A stretch of DNA of 64,000 nucleotides, taken from the NCBI GenBank assembly GCA_022813965.1, contig JALDZS010000117.1, forward strand, positions 1 to 64,000, written 5' to 3'. The notes beneath the pieces were generated by a model that worked only from the letters and a program-made list of their open reading frames with translations, ran no database searches and was not told where the DNA came from. Both the position numbers and the translations under genes were made by a program. Below are positions 51,623-64,000 of this stretch, in pieces. Position 1 is the stretch's first letter; each line of letters starts with the position of its first letter. The DNA is from Toensbergia leucococca. Its lineage: Eukaryota.

Positions 51623-53854
51623 ATGGCAGGTCTTGCAAGACACGTAAGTGTTCAAGTCCAATGATATCGAGACAAACAAAATCCTCTTGCACGAGTATTG
51701 TTTCATACATTCTGACCTTACTGTAGGTTGATCCTGATGAACTTATCCATACCCTACGGAGTCATCCTCATGAAGCCAACCGACGTCACATATATAGTGA
51801 ACGATCGGTCAGCCAGACTACACCTTACTCTTCTCGATACGCCAGCGGTCAAGAGATCTCCAAGTTTAGGATCCCTCAGCAGGGTGCCCCTGCAGACGCT
51901 GTCCATCAGATGCTCAAGGACGAGGTGATCTCCGTCACCTCATTCTTAGCTTCGATTGCTGATTTCAAATTTGTGGTAGCTCGATCTGGATGGGAGGCCA
52001 AATCTAAATCTTGCAAGGTCGGTAGTAGTGCTATCTCACGAGACTGAAAGCTGATGGAAAGCATGTAGTTTTGTGGGAACATATATGGAGCGCGAAGCAG
52101 AAGCCCTTATGATCGAGAACATCTCTAAGAAGTAGGTATTCGATCCTGCATTGATAGCGGAAAGCTTATTTGACATGCGCAGCATGTCCGATGCTGATGA
52201 GTATCCTGCAATGATGGCCATGCATGCCCGTTGCATTTCAATCATCGCTCACCTTTGGGGAGTGCAGAAAGGCGAGAAGGCAATTGGGACAGCGACCACC
52301 GGATCTTCTGAGGCCATTCATTTGGGAGGACTGGCCATGAAACGTCGCTGGCAAGAGAAGCGCCGTGCTGCAGGTAAAGATACTTCGAAACCAAACATTA
52401 TCATGTAGGTTAATCCACATATAAATGATGTTCGTCCATTAGTAACGAGTTGACTCGTTTCGCTGTAGGGGTGCAAATGCTCAGGTTGGTGATCGGCAGT
52501 GAGGACATCAGATTCAGCGCGATACTCAAGTTATCCAGGTTGCTCTTGAAAAGTTCGCACGATATTTCGAGGTCGAGGCCAGGATCTTGGACGTGAGTGA
52601 GAAGAGTCACTTCAGGCTCGATCCAGACCTGGTAGGGAAAAACATCGACGAGAATACCATAGGCAAGTATTCTGGCCCCTCTTATTGAAAGTACTCATAT
52701 TTTTCACGAAGGGGTCTTCATCATCTTGGGATCAACGTATACAGGCCACTATGAACCCGTGGAGGAAATTAGCAAAATTCTGGATAAATTCGAGAAGGAA
52801 ACGGGAAACGATATACCGATCCATGTTGATGGCGCTAGTGGTGCATTTATAGCCCCTTTCACACACGCCAAAGTTGGTGGTCCGAAATGGTAGGTCATTC
52901 TGGTGAATACCCATTAAGTTCAGCTGCTGACTCGAGAAGGAACTTTGAGCTTCCACGCGGTAAGTATATATAAGCTCCTAATGTTCCCAATGAGAGGGCC
53001 AAGATTACTTATACGATGAAAGTAAAATCAATCAACGTATCTGGTCACAAATTTGGGCTTGTTTACGCCGGAGTCGGTTGGATCATTTGGCGTGATGAGC
53101 AATACCTGCCTAAGCATTTGATCTTCGAGCTTCATTACCTTGGAGGAACTGAAGAATCATATACCTTGAACTTCTCACGCCCAGGAGCACAAATTATAGG
53201 ACAGTACTTTAATCTTATCCATCTGGGGTTCGATGGTTACAGGGCTATCATGGAGAACTGCATGACGAATGCTCGCTTGCTTAGCAAAGCCCTGGAGGCC
53301 TCTGGCTGGTACGTTTGCGTCAGCGATATTCATCGAGAGAAGGGACATTTCGACTTCAAGGGTGTAAAGGAGCCTGTTTTCGGCAAGGAATATGAAACCA
53401 GTGCGGACTATAACGCCGGCTTGCCAGTGGTAGCATTTCGCCTGTCTGACGACTTCAAGAAAGACTTCCCTCATGTCAAACAAGAAAGCGTCAGCACTCT
53501 TCTGCGTGTAAAGCAGTACATCATTCCGAGCAAGTTCCACTATCCCGGGTATTGATCAAGGCTTTGGAACTGACAAGCCCAACAGATTACCCTTTGCCAC
53601 CGAGCGAAGAGAAGACGGAGATTCTTCGTGTTGTAGTCCGCGAATCCATGTCTCTCGATTTGCTTGATCGTCTCATCTCGGACATATTTGCAGTCACACA
53701 GACCTTGATGGATACAAGCGCGGCCGACATTGCACCGTTCCAACCAGCGAATGCTAGCGTGGAAAAGCAGCACGGAAGCAAAGGTCATGATCACCAAAAC
53801 AAGCATCTGGCGGAAAGACCATTTAAGAAGGGGATCCACCGTACCGTCTGTTAA
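51623..53854 (+). CDS. GAD1: Glutamate decarboxylase, PLP-dependent (11 exons)
   Basis: [59 protein letters not shown] (PLP lysine), LNFSRP. Introns 51644-51726, 51925-51979, 52018-52068, 52132-52182, 52405-52468, 52485-52538, 52663-52711 (GC), 52890-52939, 52960-53022, 53530-53585 (GC). Confidence 0.95.
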
Positions 53855-54437
53855 GGTGAGATATTGGTTATAACGAAAGATGCCTGGAATGTAGCAGAGT
53901 GATCAGGCGGTGGCGAGAAACAACAGCTTCTTAAGAGCATAAGCCTTGCATTCACAGATGACGAGAGGGACATGATTGTTGAAGTATTTAGCCACTATCC
54001 TTGCTTTGTTCCTAAAGAATACATGGGCTGTACTTGCAAATACTGTTTGGGGAGATTCCACACTGGTGCCACTGAGATCTTCGGGACACTCGGTGTAAGT
54101 ATGGCTGGGGATTACAATCAGTCACGCTTGGCAATAAATTAAGGTCATCAAGCTCACGGAATAGACAAGAGAACAGTAGGGATTTGATAGCTATCTTGAT
54201 CCATTTGATCCCTGTAAGTTGTAAGGATGTTCTGAACATTGAGGAATGGTGTTTGGAAGCGGGTGATAGGGGTGTTTCGGGAGCTCAAGTAAACATTCTA
54301 TTACCGAGGCTCGAGGGTACGAGTATTCTACCTAGGGAAGCCTAACTGTGACTTACCGCAACATCGCGAAATCGCAAAACTTGAATCTTGATTTTCAGAT
54401 TTTGCAGATAGATATCATCAATCACAACACTAGATAT

Positions 54438-55283
54438 TGTGATGCGTACTTGAAGTACTCAAGATCATTGACGCTGACCCTGACCTTTGAAAGCTCTGCT
54501 ATTTGCAGACACATTGAAAGCCTTACATCATCATAGATTCAGCATCACAATCACAGCACCGCAATGAATCACAGCATTGCAGCATCACAGCATCACAATG
54601 AGTCAGAGCATATAGTAAAGGCAACAATCACACTGACAAAAGTTCTTATCCCCGGCTACTATTAGAGGCAACAGAAGCCCTACAGCATGTAGATCACGGA
54701 AGCCCTACACAGTAGGCAAGTTCACTGGCAAAAAGTCCTTATCCCCGGCTACAAAGATCATTTCAATAGATCTAAATCATAGGCAACAATCCTGCAGGCA
54801 AAAGTCCTTATCCTCAGTTACAAAGTGATAGATTCAGCAAAGTGATCAGATTCAGCAGCGCATCAAATACAGCCTCGCAATGAGTCAAGCATCGCAATTC
54901 ATCATCACACACACAGGCAACACATAGGCAACAGAAAATTACATCAGCAAAAAGTCCTTATTCTCAGCTACAATGATCATGACAGTAGGCCTACATCAAG
55001 AGGCAACAAAAACCCTACTCATGATAGGTGATGAAAAACCTACGCGGTAGGCACAGAGACAAGGATGAATTCAGAGAGAGTTGAGAAGAAAAGACTACGC
55101 GCAGAGACTATACAGAAGGCATGAGCTTGTTAAGTGAGAGGGAGTGTTGAGAAATTGCACTTCTTTGGCCCTTATGCTTAATGAGCGCCCTATATGAAGC
55201 AGTTCTCCTCCTTAGCTATAGAATCAATCATCATCAACTCTGTTCTATCACAATAATGATGTTGAGAATTGAACATTATTACA
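54438..55283 (+). mobile_element. Probable solo LTR nested inside the TIR element
   Basis: Ends TGTGAT...ATTACA, flanks ATAT/GTAT, internal short direct repeats, and a TATA-like CTATATGAAG followed by CTTAGCTATAGAATCAATC near the 3' end. Classification is inferred. Confidence 0.45.
54637..54971 (+). repeat. Four dispersed ~23-bp direct repeats CAAAAGTCCTTATCCCCGGCTAC
   Basis: Copies at 54637-54659, 54729-54752, 54799-54821 and 54948-54971, differing by C/T and G/A transitions and A-run length. Confidence 0.85.
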
Positions 55284-55472
55284 GTATACCTACATTGAGA
55301 TGTGATGTTGATGGATTGATAATTTGATTTTCGCGATGTTGCGGTAAGTCACAGTTAGTCTTCCGTCCTACCTAGAGTAAAGGCGGTGGCAGAAAAGCGA
55401 TAAGATAAGTATTTATCCTCAGGACGTATCTGAAGCTACTCGTACCAAAACACATTTCTTTAATCAGGCAAT

Positions 55473-56564
55473 ATGGCTGGACCCGCAGCGCTGGTGGTGC
55501 CGGCTCTGGCGAAGCATACTGCTACTGTTATTTTCGCTCATGGCCTTGGAGACAGGTACGTATGCAAAAGGGCAACGTTGAGACAACGAAGCAGCGTTAA
55601 CAAGTGACAGTGGCGCAGGCTGGTACGCTGATGGACCTCGTCTTATCCAAGGGGACTAATTTCTTGATGGTGTTCAGGCTTGGTCTTGCTGAGAACTGGC
55701 GGCGGAGGGGAAAGTTCGAGGAGGTGAAATTCGTATTCCCCAATGCCCCCAATATACCCATTACAGTGGTAAGTTCTAGGGCTGCCTTATCTGCAACAGT
55801 TCTCTGCTAATAGTGCTGCTGATTAGAATTTCGGCATGAAGATGCCTGGATGGTACGATATAGTACGTGTTAGAGATGATAACGTTCGTTTTCAACGGCC
55901 GCGTTGACTTTCTCCGGATCACTATCAACCGCGCACTCTCTATCCAAAACTCTACTGATCGAGGTCATGTAGACTACGTTTACAGACCTAGCCCAAGCCC
56001 ACGATGAGCCCGGTATCTTAAGGTCTCGCGATTATCTTAATTCACTGATCAAAGCCGAGATGGAAAAGGGCATTGCCTCTTCTCGGATAGTCATTGGTAT
56101 TTTAAAGCTGATCACAAGGGATTTCCCTTTTGCCCAGGTGTTCTAATCTTTATAAGGTGGCTTCTCGCAGGGTGGTGCCATCTCCCTCTTCACAGGCGTG
56201 ACTTGTCCCGATAAACTGGCAGGATTCTTTGGCCTATCAAGTTATATGTTGATGCACTGGAAGATCAAGGACATGATACCCGTGGAGAATCCTAACAAAG
56301 AGACCCCTATATTCATGGGACATGGAGACAAAGATCCCCTGGTAAAGTATGACTGGGGACAGAAGACGGCCACGGCTTTGGAAAGCTTTGGATACAAGGT
56401 CGAATTCAAAACCTACAAGTATGTTACATGTGGCCCTAGAGTCCACAACGTCACGAAGCACTCACGAAAACAGAGATCTAGTCCATTCCGCGGATCCTAA
56501 AGAAATAGACGACTTGGAAGTATATCTCACGGCGAGACTGCCGCCTACGTCTGCCACCGAGTGA
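55473..56564 (+). CDS. Acyl-protein thioesterase 1 / lysophospholipase (alpha/beta hydrolase; 7 exons)
   Basis: HTATVIFAHGLGDS|GAGW, FVFPNAPNIPITV|NFGMKMPGWYDI, GGFSQGG nucleophile motif, PIFMGHGDKDPLV, LVHSADPKEIDDL. Confidence 0.93.
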
Positions 56565-57051
56565 TTGGGATATCATTGCTTGTTATAGACCGCCACACTT
56601 GTGTCAGATTCATGTCGCCATTACGAGCATAAGCTGCTCTGATGTATTTTGCAATTTCAACAATTAGGATTCTGCTGGATCTAGTATTCGATCTACAGCC
56701 ACATTCTGAGACAGCTCGGTCTCTACTGCTGCCAGAATCAAGGAATAGAATATATGGAGATACCATGGTTCATTTGTTATGACATGCAGACTGCCCGTAG
56801 CCGTAGACCACGCTCCATATATCAAAGAGTGCAAAAGTTGACTGCCCACGTAACATATAGGTATGAGTAGAGAGAAACATCCGAGACTTCGACATAGATT
56901 TCGCTTAGAATATTTTAGCCCTACATGAACTTAGTTCCGTTCCACCTACGGATACCCTCTCGTACATTTAATGATTCTACCACGAAAATCCCTCTTCACA
57001 ACTCATCTTTTCAGATACAGTCTGATCCACGCAGTGATGATTTGATGCAAC

Positions 57052-59789
57052 ATGGTCACTCCTGTCTCTAAGAAGCGCAAGCAAACTACGTCTTCTACAA
57101 ATCATCGGAATGATTTCCATCGCGCCACAAAACGCGTTAAAACTTCTTCGGCCCGCACAATCTTGGCTCAAACGTCTGATAAAGCACTCAATCAGAATGG
57201 CGACCTCGATGTCTCCGCCTTTGTCAAAGCCCGCGAATATGAGATCAAAGCCATGGCAGCTGGCATGGACGCCTCCAAAACCTCTTTGAACACAAGAGCC
57301 TTTCAGCAGCTTCCCAGGCAATTGAGAAGGCGTACAGCAAGTCACAATGTCAAAAAGGTACCCAAGAGGTTGAGAGCATGGGCGACAAAGGAGGTGTGTG
57401 GTCAACAATACGGCACTCCTGCCGAGTGACAAAATAAGTAAGACCCAGGAGCTAACAGGAGACCGGAACCGCGAAGATGCAAGATGATAATACCCCAACT
57501 GTCACCTCTCGCCGCCGCAAGCCAACTCCTCACATGCGTGTCCGTCTCGAAACAGCCAAGAAACTACAGAAGCTCGGAGCTCGGGCCAAGTCTAAGCGTG
57601 ATGCCTCGAAGACCCAAGAACCTAGTAGTACAGGTCCAGGAAAAAATGCCATCATCGCTCCTCGCCTTTCCAAAGTCAAGGGAAACGTTCTCGCTAATCC
57701 GACCAAAATTGCCTCGAAATTTCGCAAGCGCCAGACTCACAAATCTTGGCTCCCTACACATCTCTATCACGCCAAGAGGGCACACATGACGCCTCCTAAG
57801 GAGCCTCTATGGAGGTATGCCATTCCCTTGACACCGACAGACAGAAGCTATAGAGCGACACATAGAGCAGGTACAACGCGGGGCTGTGTGGCTTGGGATA
57901 TGAGCTATATGAGTACAATTAGAGCTGAAGGGGTCGAGAAAAGTTTGATAGGATTGCTCAGATGTATGGGAGTCAACGAAAACATGGCAGATGGGAAGAG
58001 AGGGGGAAAGTGGAGGAGAGGGACGAGGGGCTGGGAGGGTTGGGTTAGGGCGCGAGACGGGGAGAGGAGATGGATTGCAAGAACTAGAATTATATGGTGT
58101 GCGAAAGCTGTCGAGACAGTAGACACTAATGGAGAACGCATCGCAGACAAGAACAACGAAAAGAGGAAGTTGTTCTTTAGGGTGCACCCGTCTGCATTTC
58201 TACAGCTCTGGAGTGAGATACTCAAGATCAGTAAGGTTCAACGACCTCCAATCATGATCGAAGATTTAAGGTATGAGATTGGGAGTATTGAGATTACTGG
58301 GCCAGGGTCTTCGGAGGCATTGATCGGCGTGCTACATCCCATATTAGTCGAGCAAGAGGGCAAAACGCTTAGTGACAGGCCCGAAAAGATCTGGTCATTC
58401 CTAGGACCAGTCACAAATCCTGCTTCTCTGCCTCAAGATGCTTTGCTAGGCTTTGATATCTCTGACCCACGTCTGCACTACCCACCACGAACCATACCGC
58501 AGCAGCATTCTTCCAAAGACAACGATACTCTCCTTCAAGTCCTTTCGTCTTGGCCTCCGGATACCACTCAGGCCGCTCCATCACTTTTTGACCGCAGCTC
58601 ACGCCTGACAGCTTCGCGATGCCTACCTAGTCAGAAGGCGATCAATCGGCGTAAAGGGGCTGCCTTACCCGGTGCTTACCCAGAACCGCTTCCCACAGAC
58701 CCGAAGATTCCAATACTACTTATCGCATCATGTCTACCATCTCGTGGTGGCCAGGGCTCTTGGACCCTACTCCTCCCCTGGAAATGCGTTGTCCCTATTT
58801 GGTACTCTCTCATGCATTATCCCCTTTCTTCGGGTGGTAATCCGCGCTTTGGTGGTTTGAAAGAGAAGAGACAGATTTTATTTGAGCAAGGAGTCCCATG
58901 GTTCCCGGGCGATTATCCTGGTACGAGCGCTGGTTGGGAGTGGGAGCTTTCGGAAAGAGCGAAGAGAAAGGCGGAATGGGAGAAAAGGCCCAAGGGTAAG
59001 AGGGTGGCGTGGGAGAGCGTGATTCTAGGGGAAGGTCGGAAAGGCGAGATTGGAAGAGGCTGGGCTTGTGATTGGGAACGTCTGTTCCAAGGCCTGCCCG
59101 CTCCTAATTCAACCGAGGCAGACAAACCAAAGCCCGCCGATGCAGCAAGGCCTGCTAGAGCTGCGACGGCCAATGTACCAGCACCATCAATGTCACAGGT
59201 CACCACACCAAATCCTCCGACTCAGTCCTCGGATCCTCCCCTCCAAATCCACCACCTTCCTGTCCCCCCCTCCGGCCCTTCTACTACCACACCCCCAACA
59301 GCCCTAATAACCATCCATCTCACACTCCTAAACCGTGGAACCCCAACCCCCTGCGCCCGCATCTACCGCCTCCCAACCACAAACCCCACCCTCCTCACCA
59401 AATATCTCGCCCTCGCCACTCCGCCCCCTTCCCACCGCAAACAACCTCCCACCCTTCCCAAGACCACCCCGCAGCACACACGCACCCAGCACCTCGCCGC
59501 ATCACTCCTCACCACTCCTCCGTCAAATCAGGCTCCGCAAGCGGCGGGCGACGCGGCTTATCCCGGTTCGCCGGCTGAGGAAGACCTCATTGGGTTTGTG
59601 ACAACGGGGAATTTTAATCTCGGGGAGGGGAGGGGTGTGGGGGTGGGGTGTATTGCCATCGCGAAGGTTGTTGGGAAGGAGGGTGGGGTTGGGTTTGGGT
59701 CAAATAGGAGGGAGAAGTGGGGGGGGCTTTGTATTATTCGGGAGGCTGGGCAGGGATTGGGGAGATTGGCTAGGTGGGAGGCTGTGTGA
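57052..59789 (+). CDS. POP1: RNase P/MRP subunit Pop1 (2 exons; intron 57394-57476)
   Basis: FVKAREYEIKAM..RAFQQLPRQLRRRTASHNVKKVP, WLPTHLYHAKRAHM, WDMSY, POPLD region GGLKEKRQILFEQGVPWFPGDYPGT, C-terminal LIGFVTTGNFNLGEGRG. Confidence 0.95.
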
Positions 59790-60640
59790 TGGAGTTGCGG
59801 GCATAGTGGGAGGGAAGAATCAGGGAATTTGCTATGGTTGGTCGCGGGGCTTTCCAGAACGATGGGTTCCTCCCTGTCTTGTTGATCGGTTAATCTTGCG
59901 TGAAGACGAACCTGCTATTCAAGATTCCACAGACCGCTCCTAGCAGCAGCCGCACAGCGCGTTCATCAAATCCCAAACTCGAGACTTTATTTCATTCTCT
60001 TCACCCAAATTGACACCTATCCTATCTCTCCATGCACAATTCCCCACCCAGAAACCAACCCCCCCCATCCCTTCAATCCTCCCAACAAACCCCCTCCAAT
60101 CACAAACGCACCCGCTATCCTCCCTTCATATCTACCAATCCGTCTCATTCTCTCCCCTTTGCAATCCTCGATTGATCCTCTTCACAGTCCCTCCCTCTTC
60201 TAATAGCTTGGTGTATCTTCTCGAATTTCCCAGCCACGCGGCTTTCGTGCTGCGCCGTGCTGCTGGAGAGGAGAGTCTCGAAGGCATTCGAGGAGCCCAT
60301 GGGAGGGTGATTGGAAGGGGGTTGTGGCGGCGGAGAAGAATGGCAGATGAGGTGACTTGGGTATTCTTTCTGCTGGTTAATGGGTAAGGGGTGATTATTA
60401 GGGGTAGATCCTGTTTGATAGGGTGTAGAAAGCGGGACGTGGGAAATTATTATCTTGGGGATCCCGCTTGCCAAAAAATCACTCAAGCGTTGAACAGCCA
60501 TATGTTCGTTGGTATCTAAATGTAACTACCAACCCTTGCACCTTGGTATCAGCGAAGCAAGCAAGCAAAAAGCCATTTACGCCTCCGACCCACTGCCCCA
60601 CGGCGCCTGTAATCCGAGAAAAGCTCGCAAATCCGCACTT

Positions 60641-62809
60641 TTACATTACGACCGCAACATGATCGTCCATGTACTGGCTGATATCGCCCAAGAAGCACCC
60701 CGCAATGATACTGATGCACCCAAACGCAATCGAGGCGAGGTAAACGTACTTGTAGCTTTCTGCGAACGCCACTTGGCCGGCCTGAACCAGAATGTTATAG
60801 GCGGTCTCGTTCTTGCCAATACCAGGTATCAGGCGCAGATCGTCAAGCAGTGAAGCCGAGGTTAGTTCAATTGCTTGCTTGATGTACTTGGGATTGGTGA
60901 AACCGAGTTCGAGGATCATGGCGCCACCTATGTATTGCTCTGCCATAGGAATGAATTTGCTCTTGAAGACGTTGAAATAAATGGCGTAACCGATGGCGCC
61001 CCCGAGAACACGAATGGCAAGTGTGAAGGAGGCAATAGTGGCGATCAGGTCCTACCGAAACGAAAGATTAGCATGCTGGGAGCCATTGTGGTGCGGGATA
61101 GGAAGGATTATGTGGGGAATTTACGTCAGGGCAGATAATAGTTGTCATGATAGAAGCTGGAACGACAATGCCGCCAATACCGAGGCCAGCGAGAACCAAA
61201 AGGCCCCAGACCTGATAGAGATTGTCCGGCTTTACTATTGAGAGAGACCCAACTCCTGCGATTGAAATCAGTATCAACAAACGATGCCGGCCCCGGAAAA
61301 GGAGGCAATATCATACCGGCAGTCATCAGCACCGACGAAACAATCAGAAGCTCCTTGTTCCGACCTCTGAAGTAACTAAGTAGACAGAGAACAATAATCG
61401 CCCCTGTCATGATTGCGAGTGCAATAGGAAGTCCTCGAATACCAACACCAACGGGAGAATGGCCGTATACATTAAATGCTTGGGTAGGCCAGAACATGAG
61501 GATGGCAAAGAAATTGGTACCAGAGACAAACGTGATGACAAGTGTCAATGCGAGGGTACGAGGAGCCTGGTTGAGGCGCTTGGGAAACATCGGGAACTTT
61601 GCGCCATATATCTCCCAGAAAACGAAGCCAATAATTAGAACTCCTCCAAGTATCAGAGGCACAAGGACATGAGCGGTTTTCCAGGGATACTATACTTGGC
61701 ATTAGATTATGCTTGCTTGAGGACGCCATGATAAAGATATCGTACCTGGTCGCCTCCCCATTGCAGGCCCGCCATGAAGAGTAGCATTCCGGCAATGCTC
61801 AAGAAGCCTCCAACATAGTCGATCTGGCTAAGGACTTCTTTTCGCGACAAGCCTTTTGAGTTCGGTCTCGGTGGTGGGAAGTAAAAGAATAGCGTCATGA
61901 GCAATCCAACGGCTCCGAAGACGCCACAGAGAAGACCGCAATACCTCCATCCAGCGTGGGAGGCTATGAGCTGGGACCACAACACAGAGGGGCAGAATGG
62001 GACGATACAGAAGATCAACATCGCGACATACTTACCGCGCTTGGCCGTCGGTGCTAGCTCGGCTGTGACAGCAAGTGCGGTGAGTTCGTTCATGCCGGCC
62101 CCAATACCAGCAAAAACCATGCCACCTAGAATTATATCAGCATGACTAATTGCCAAAAGCATGAGTTTCAGACTCACATATGAATGTATTCATCGTATGT
62201 GCAGTCGAACAAATTATCATACCCATTACGAGGGAAGTAGCGCCGATCAGAGAAACGTAGCGGCGGCCAATGAGATCAGAAATTGACCCAACAAAGGGGC
62301 AAACTGCCGCGAGCGCCAGAAGGTAACCAAGAATCTAGCGTGCTGTCAATTGAGAGGTAGAAACAGATGGTTTCAAAGTCGTACCATCCAGATCCACCTA
62401 TCGGTTCCACCAATATCTCCGTATATATAAGGTGGAATACCGCCTAGTCCAGGCATTAGATCCATCTCGGATACGTGGTTGATGCTAAGGACATACCAAA
62501 TATGTAGACTGGGATCTGTGAGCCAACCCATAGAAAAGCCATGGCAACCAAGGACATGATCCTCTTGAAGGACATCTGACCAGTCATGTTAGCTTCCCAG
62601 CGACTTTGGAGGTAAGATGAGCAATGTACTGGAGGCTCATGATCATGATCCTCGTCATCGCCATAAGTTCTCAATCCGTCTTTTTCGTAGTAATTGTCAT
62701 GGCCAGGCACACGTTCGTTTGTATGTACAACTTCAACACGATGCGAGGGCTCATTCTTCTCAGTAGCTGGGGAGGAGGACGAAAACTCGGAGCTGGAAGC
62801 ACGCTCCAT
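60641..62809 (-). CDS. MFS transporter, TRI12 (fungal trichothecene efflux pump)-type 14-TM family (8 exons)
   Basis: Seven canonical introns join FLWVGSQIP, PFVGSISDLIGRRY, ELTALAVTAELAPTAKRG, FYFPPPRPNS, IDYVGGFLS, GLQWGG|YPW, FAESYKYVYLASIAFG, MDDHVAVVM*. Confidence 0.9.
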
Positions 62810-64000
62810 TATTACGAAGATGTCGAGAAGACTGGAATTACGTATAGAGGATCAAAGAGAAGCAGAATGTGGTGAGTTGAGGTCTTGACATGTCATATAA
62901 GCAACGAGAGGAGCTTCAACTATATGTTGCCTAGGCTCAGTGCACACCACCGTTCTAATCCTTTCAGAGGGGTATGGCAGGAGGATCAGAGGGAGAGTCT
63001 CGTCAACTGACGCATGGACGGAGACATCCCAGCCATGACCGACACTGTGATTGGCAAGGAGAAATAAGATGAGCATGGTGGGCATAGAATTAATGAGACT
63101 TAGCCGAGCCGTGGCGGAGGTCGAGGTAATGACGGTCAAGCTGTAAGCTGTACTGGCCAGTGACTGGCTCGACTGAGGTGGCTCGAGGGTGGTCAGTAGA
63201 TGCCACAACCGAGGCCTAAAAGTCGTTGCCGAAAAGTGGGGTAGTGTTGCGAATAGATCGCCGTCAATCTGGTGTGATAATATAATAGCATAACCCTAAC
63301 GACCAATGATCTAGCCCTGGCCACCCACACATTCCCGTTTCGGGGCCCACTCCGGCCACTGGCGGACGCTAGAACTTTGCTATCCACACCAAAGAATACC
63401 TTGATGTTCCCTATTCAGGAACTGTATCTTGGTCTACAATGGAATATATGCCTTTGGTAATACGAAGCAATGCAACTCTAACTCAGTCTATGCATCATCT
63501 TCGACGGATCGTTACTATTCAGATATTCGACACTCGACCATTGTATGAAAGGCCTCTGATCGCCACGCCAATTCTGTGCTTACAGCAATTACTACCGCTG
63601 CGCATAATCCAAATCGTTTATCGAAGGTAACATAACGAGCCAAGCTTCCACATCATCATGCAGGAGGTGTGTCGTGTATGACAACGAGAAGGAATTTCGA
63701 GTCTGTTCATCCACCTTAGTAAGCTGCTACCACATTGACTGCATGCATGACAAAAAAGCCTTGGCTTTTGCTTGAGCACTAACCTGGGACAATGACAATC
63801 TCGTTCTTCCGTGTCCTGAGTCTTAACAACTTGACCTCATCTCCCTTGTCCATACCTTCAACGCACTCTCGCGCTCCTTGAACGAGCGAGAAGACCATTT
63901 TCGCAACTTCGTCGGCCGTTTTGGTGCCTCTGTCTTCATGAGTACCTATGTCTTCTTTGCTGCTAAGACCTTCCCCGACAACATCATCAATCCCGTCAAT

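Larger units (their letters stand above)
54336..55364. mobile_element. Non-autonomous TIR DNA element (MITE; possibly Mutator-type)
   Basis: 36-bp terminal inverted repeats at 54336-54371 and 55329-55364, 35/36 identical (GGAAG[C/A]CTAACTGTGACTTACCGCAACATCGCGAAA). Flanking direct repeats ATTCTACCTAG (54325-54335) and GTCCTACCTAG (55365-55375). No transposase ORF. Confidence 0.8.

Noticed and set aside
54637..54971. Repeat-spacer pattern resembling a CRISPR array
   Set aside because: Eukaryotic context, spacers of very unequal length that are themselves repetitive, and no cas genes. Better explained as internal repeats of a transposon relic.
55863..55971. Box C/D snoRNA candidate in the 109-nt thioesterase intron
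   Set aside because: The C box is imperfect (ATGATAA), the CTGA is explained as the branch point, and no terminal stem or guide was recognised.
63938..64000. Possible start of a plus-strand gene at the window edge
   Set aside because: Only ~20 codons visible, with two candidate ATG frames; cannot be supported.

Overview
Eukaryotic genomic DNA from a filamentous ascomycete (Pezizomycotina; inferred from short GT-AG introns with CTRAY branch points and from gene content). No prokaryotic features. About 16 intact intron-containing or intronless genes can be reconstructed by hand: two Zn(II)2Cys6 transcription factors, Ubp6, Arp2/3 subunit Arc19, two large disordered RRM proteins, an AIF/AMID-like flavoprotein, the Dbf2/Sid2 kinase, an Fmp46-like thioredoxin-fold protein, a Prx5/Ahp1-type peroxiredoxin with a C-terminal AKL, a DUF1348 protein, a fasciclin protein, glutamate decarboxylase, acyl-protein thioesterase, Pop1 and a TRI12-type MFS transporter. 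There is also one clear pseudogene (Gre2-like reductase) and several decayed coding relics. The most notable non-genic signals are: (i) a ~1 kb element with 36-bp terminal inverted repeats, probably with a solo LTR nested inside, just upstream of the thioesterase gene; (ii) alternating C-rich and G-rich strand-skew blocks of a few hundred bp at gene 3' ends that run through coding exons; (iii) two GC-AG introns and micro-exons in GAD; (iv) long, apparently regulatory introns inside an RRM gene; (v) a recurrent intergenic TAGGTAAGGTA motif. All gene models were spliced by eye and all family assignments come from motif recall, not database searches.
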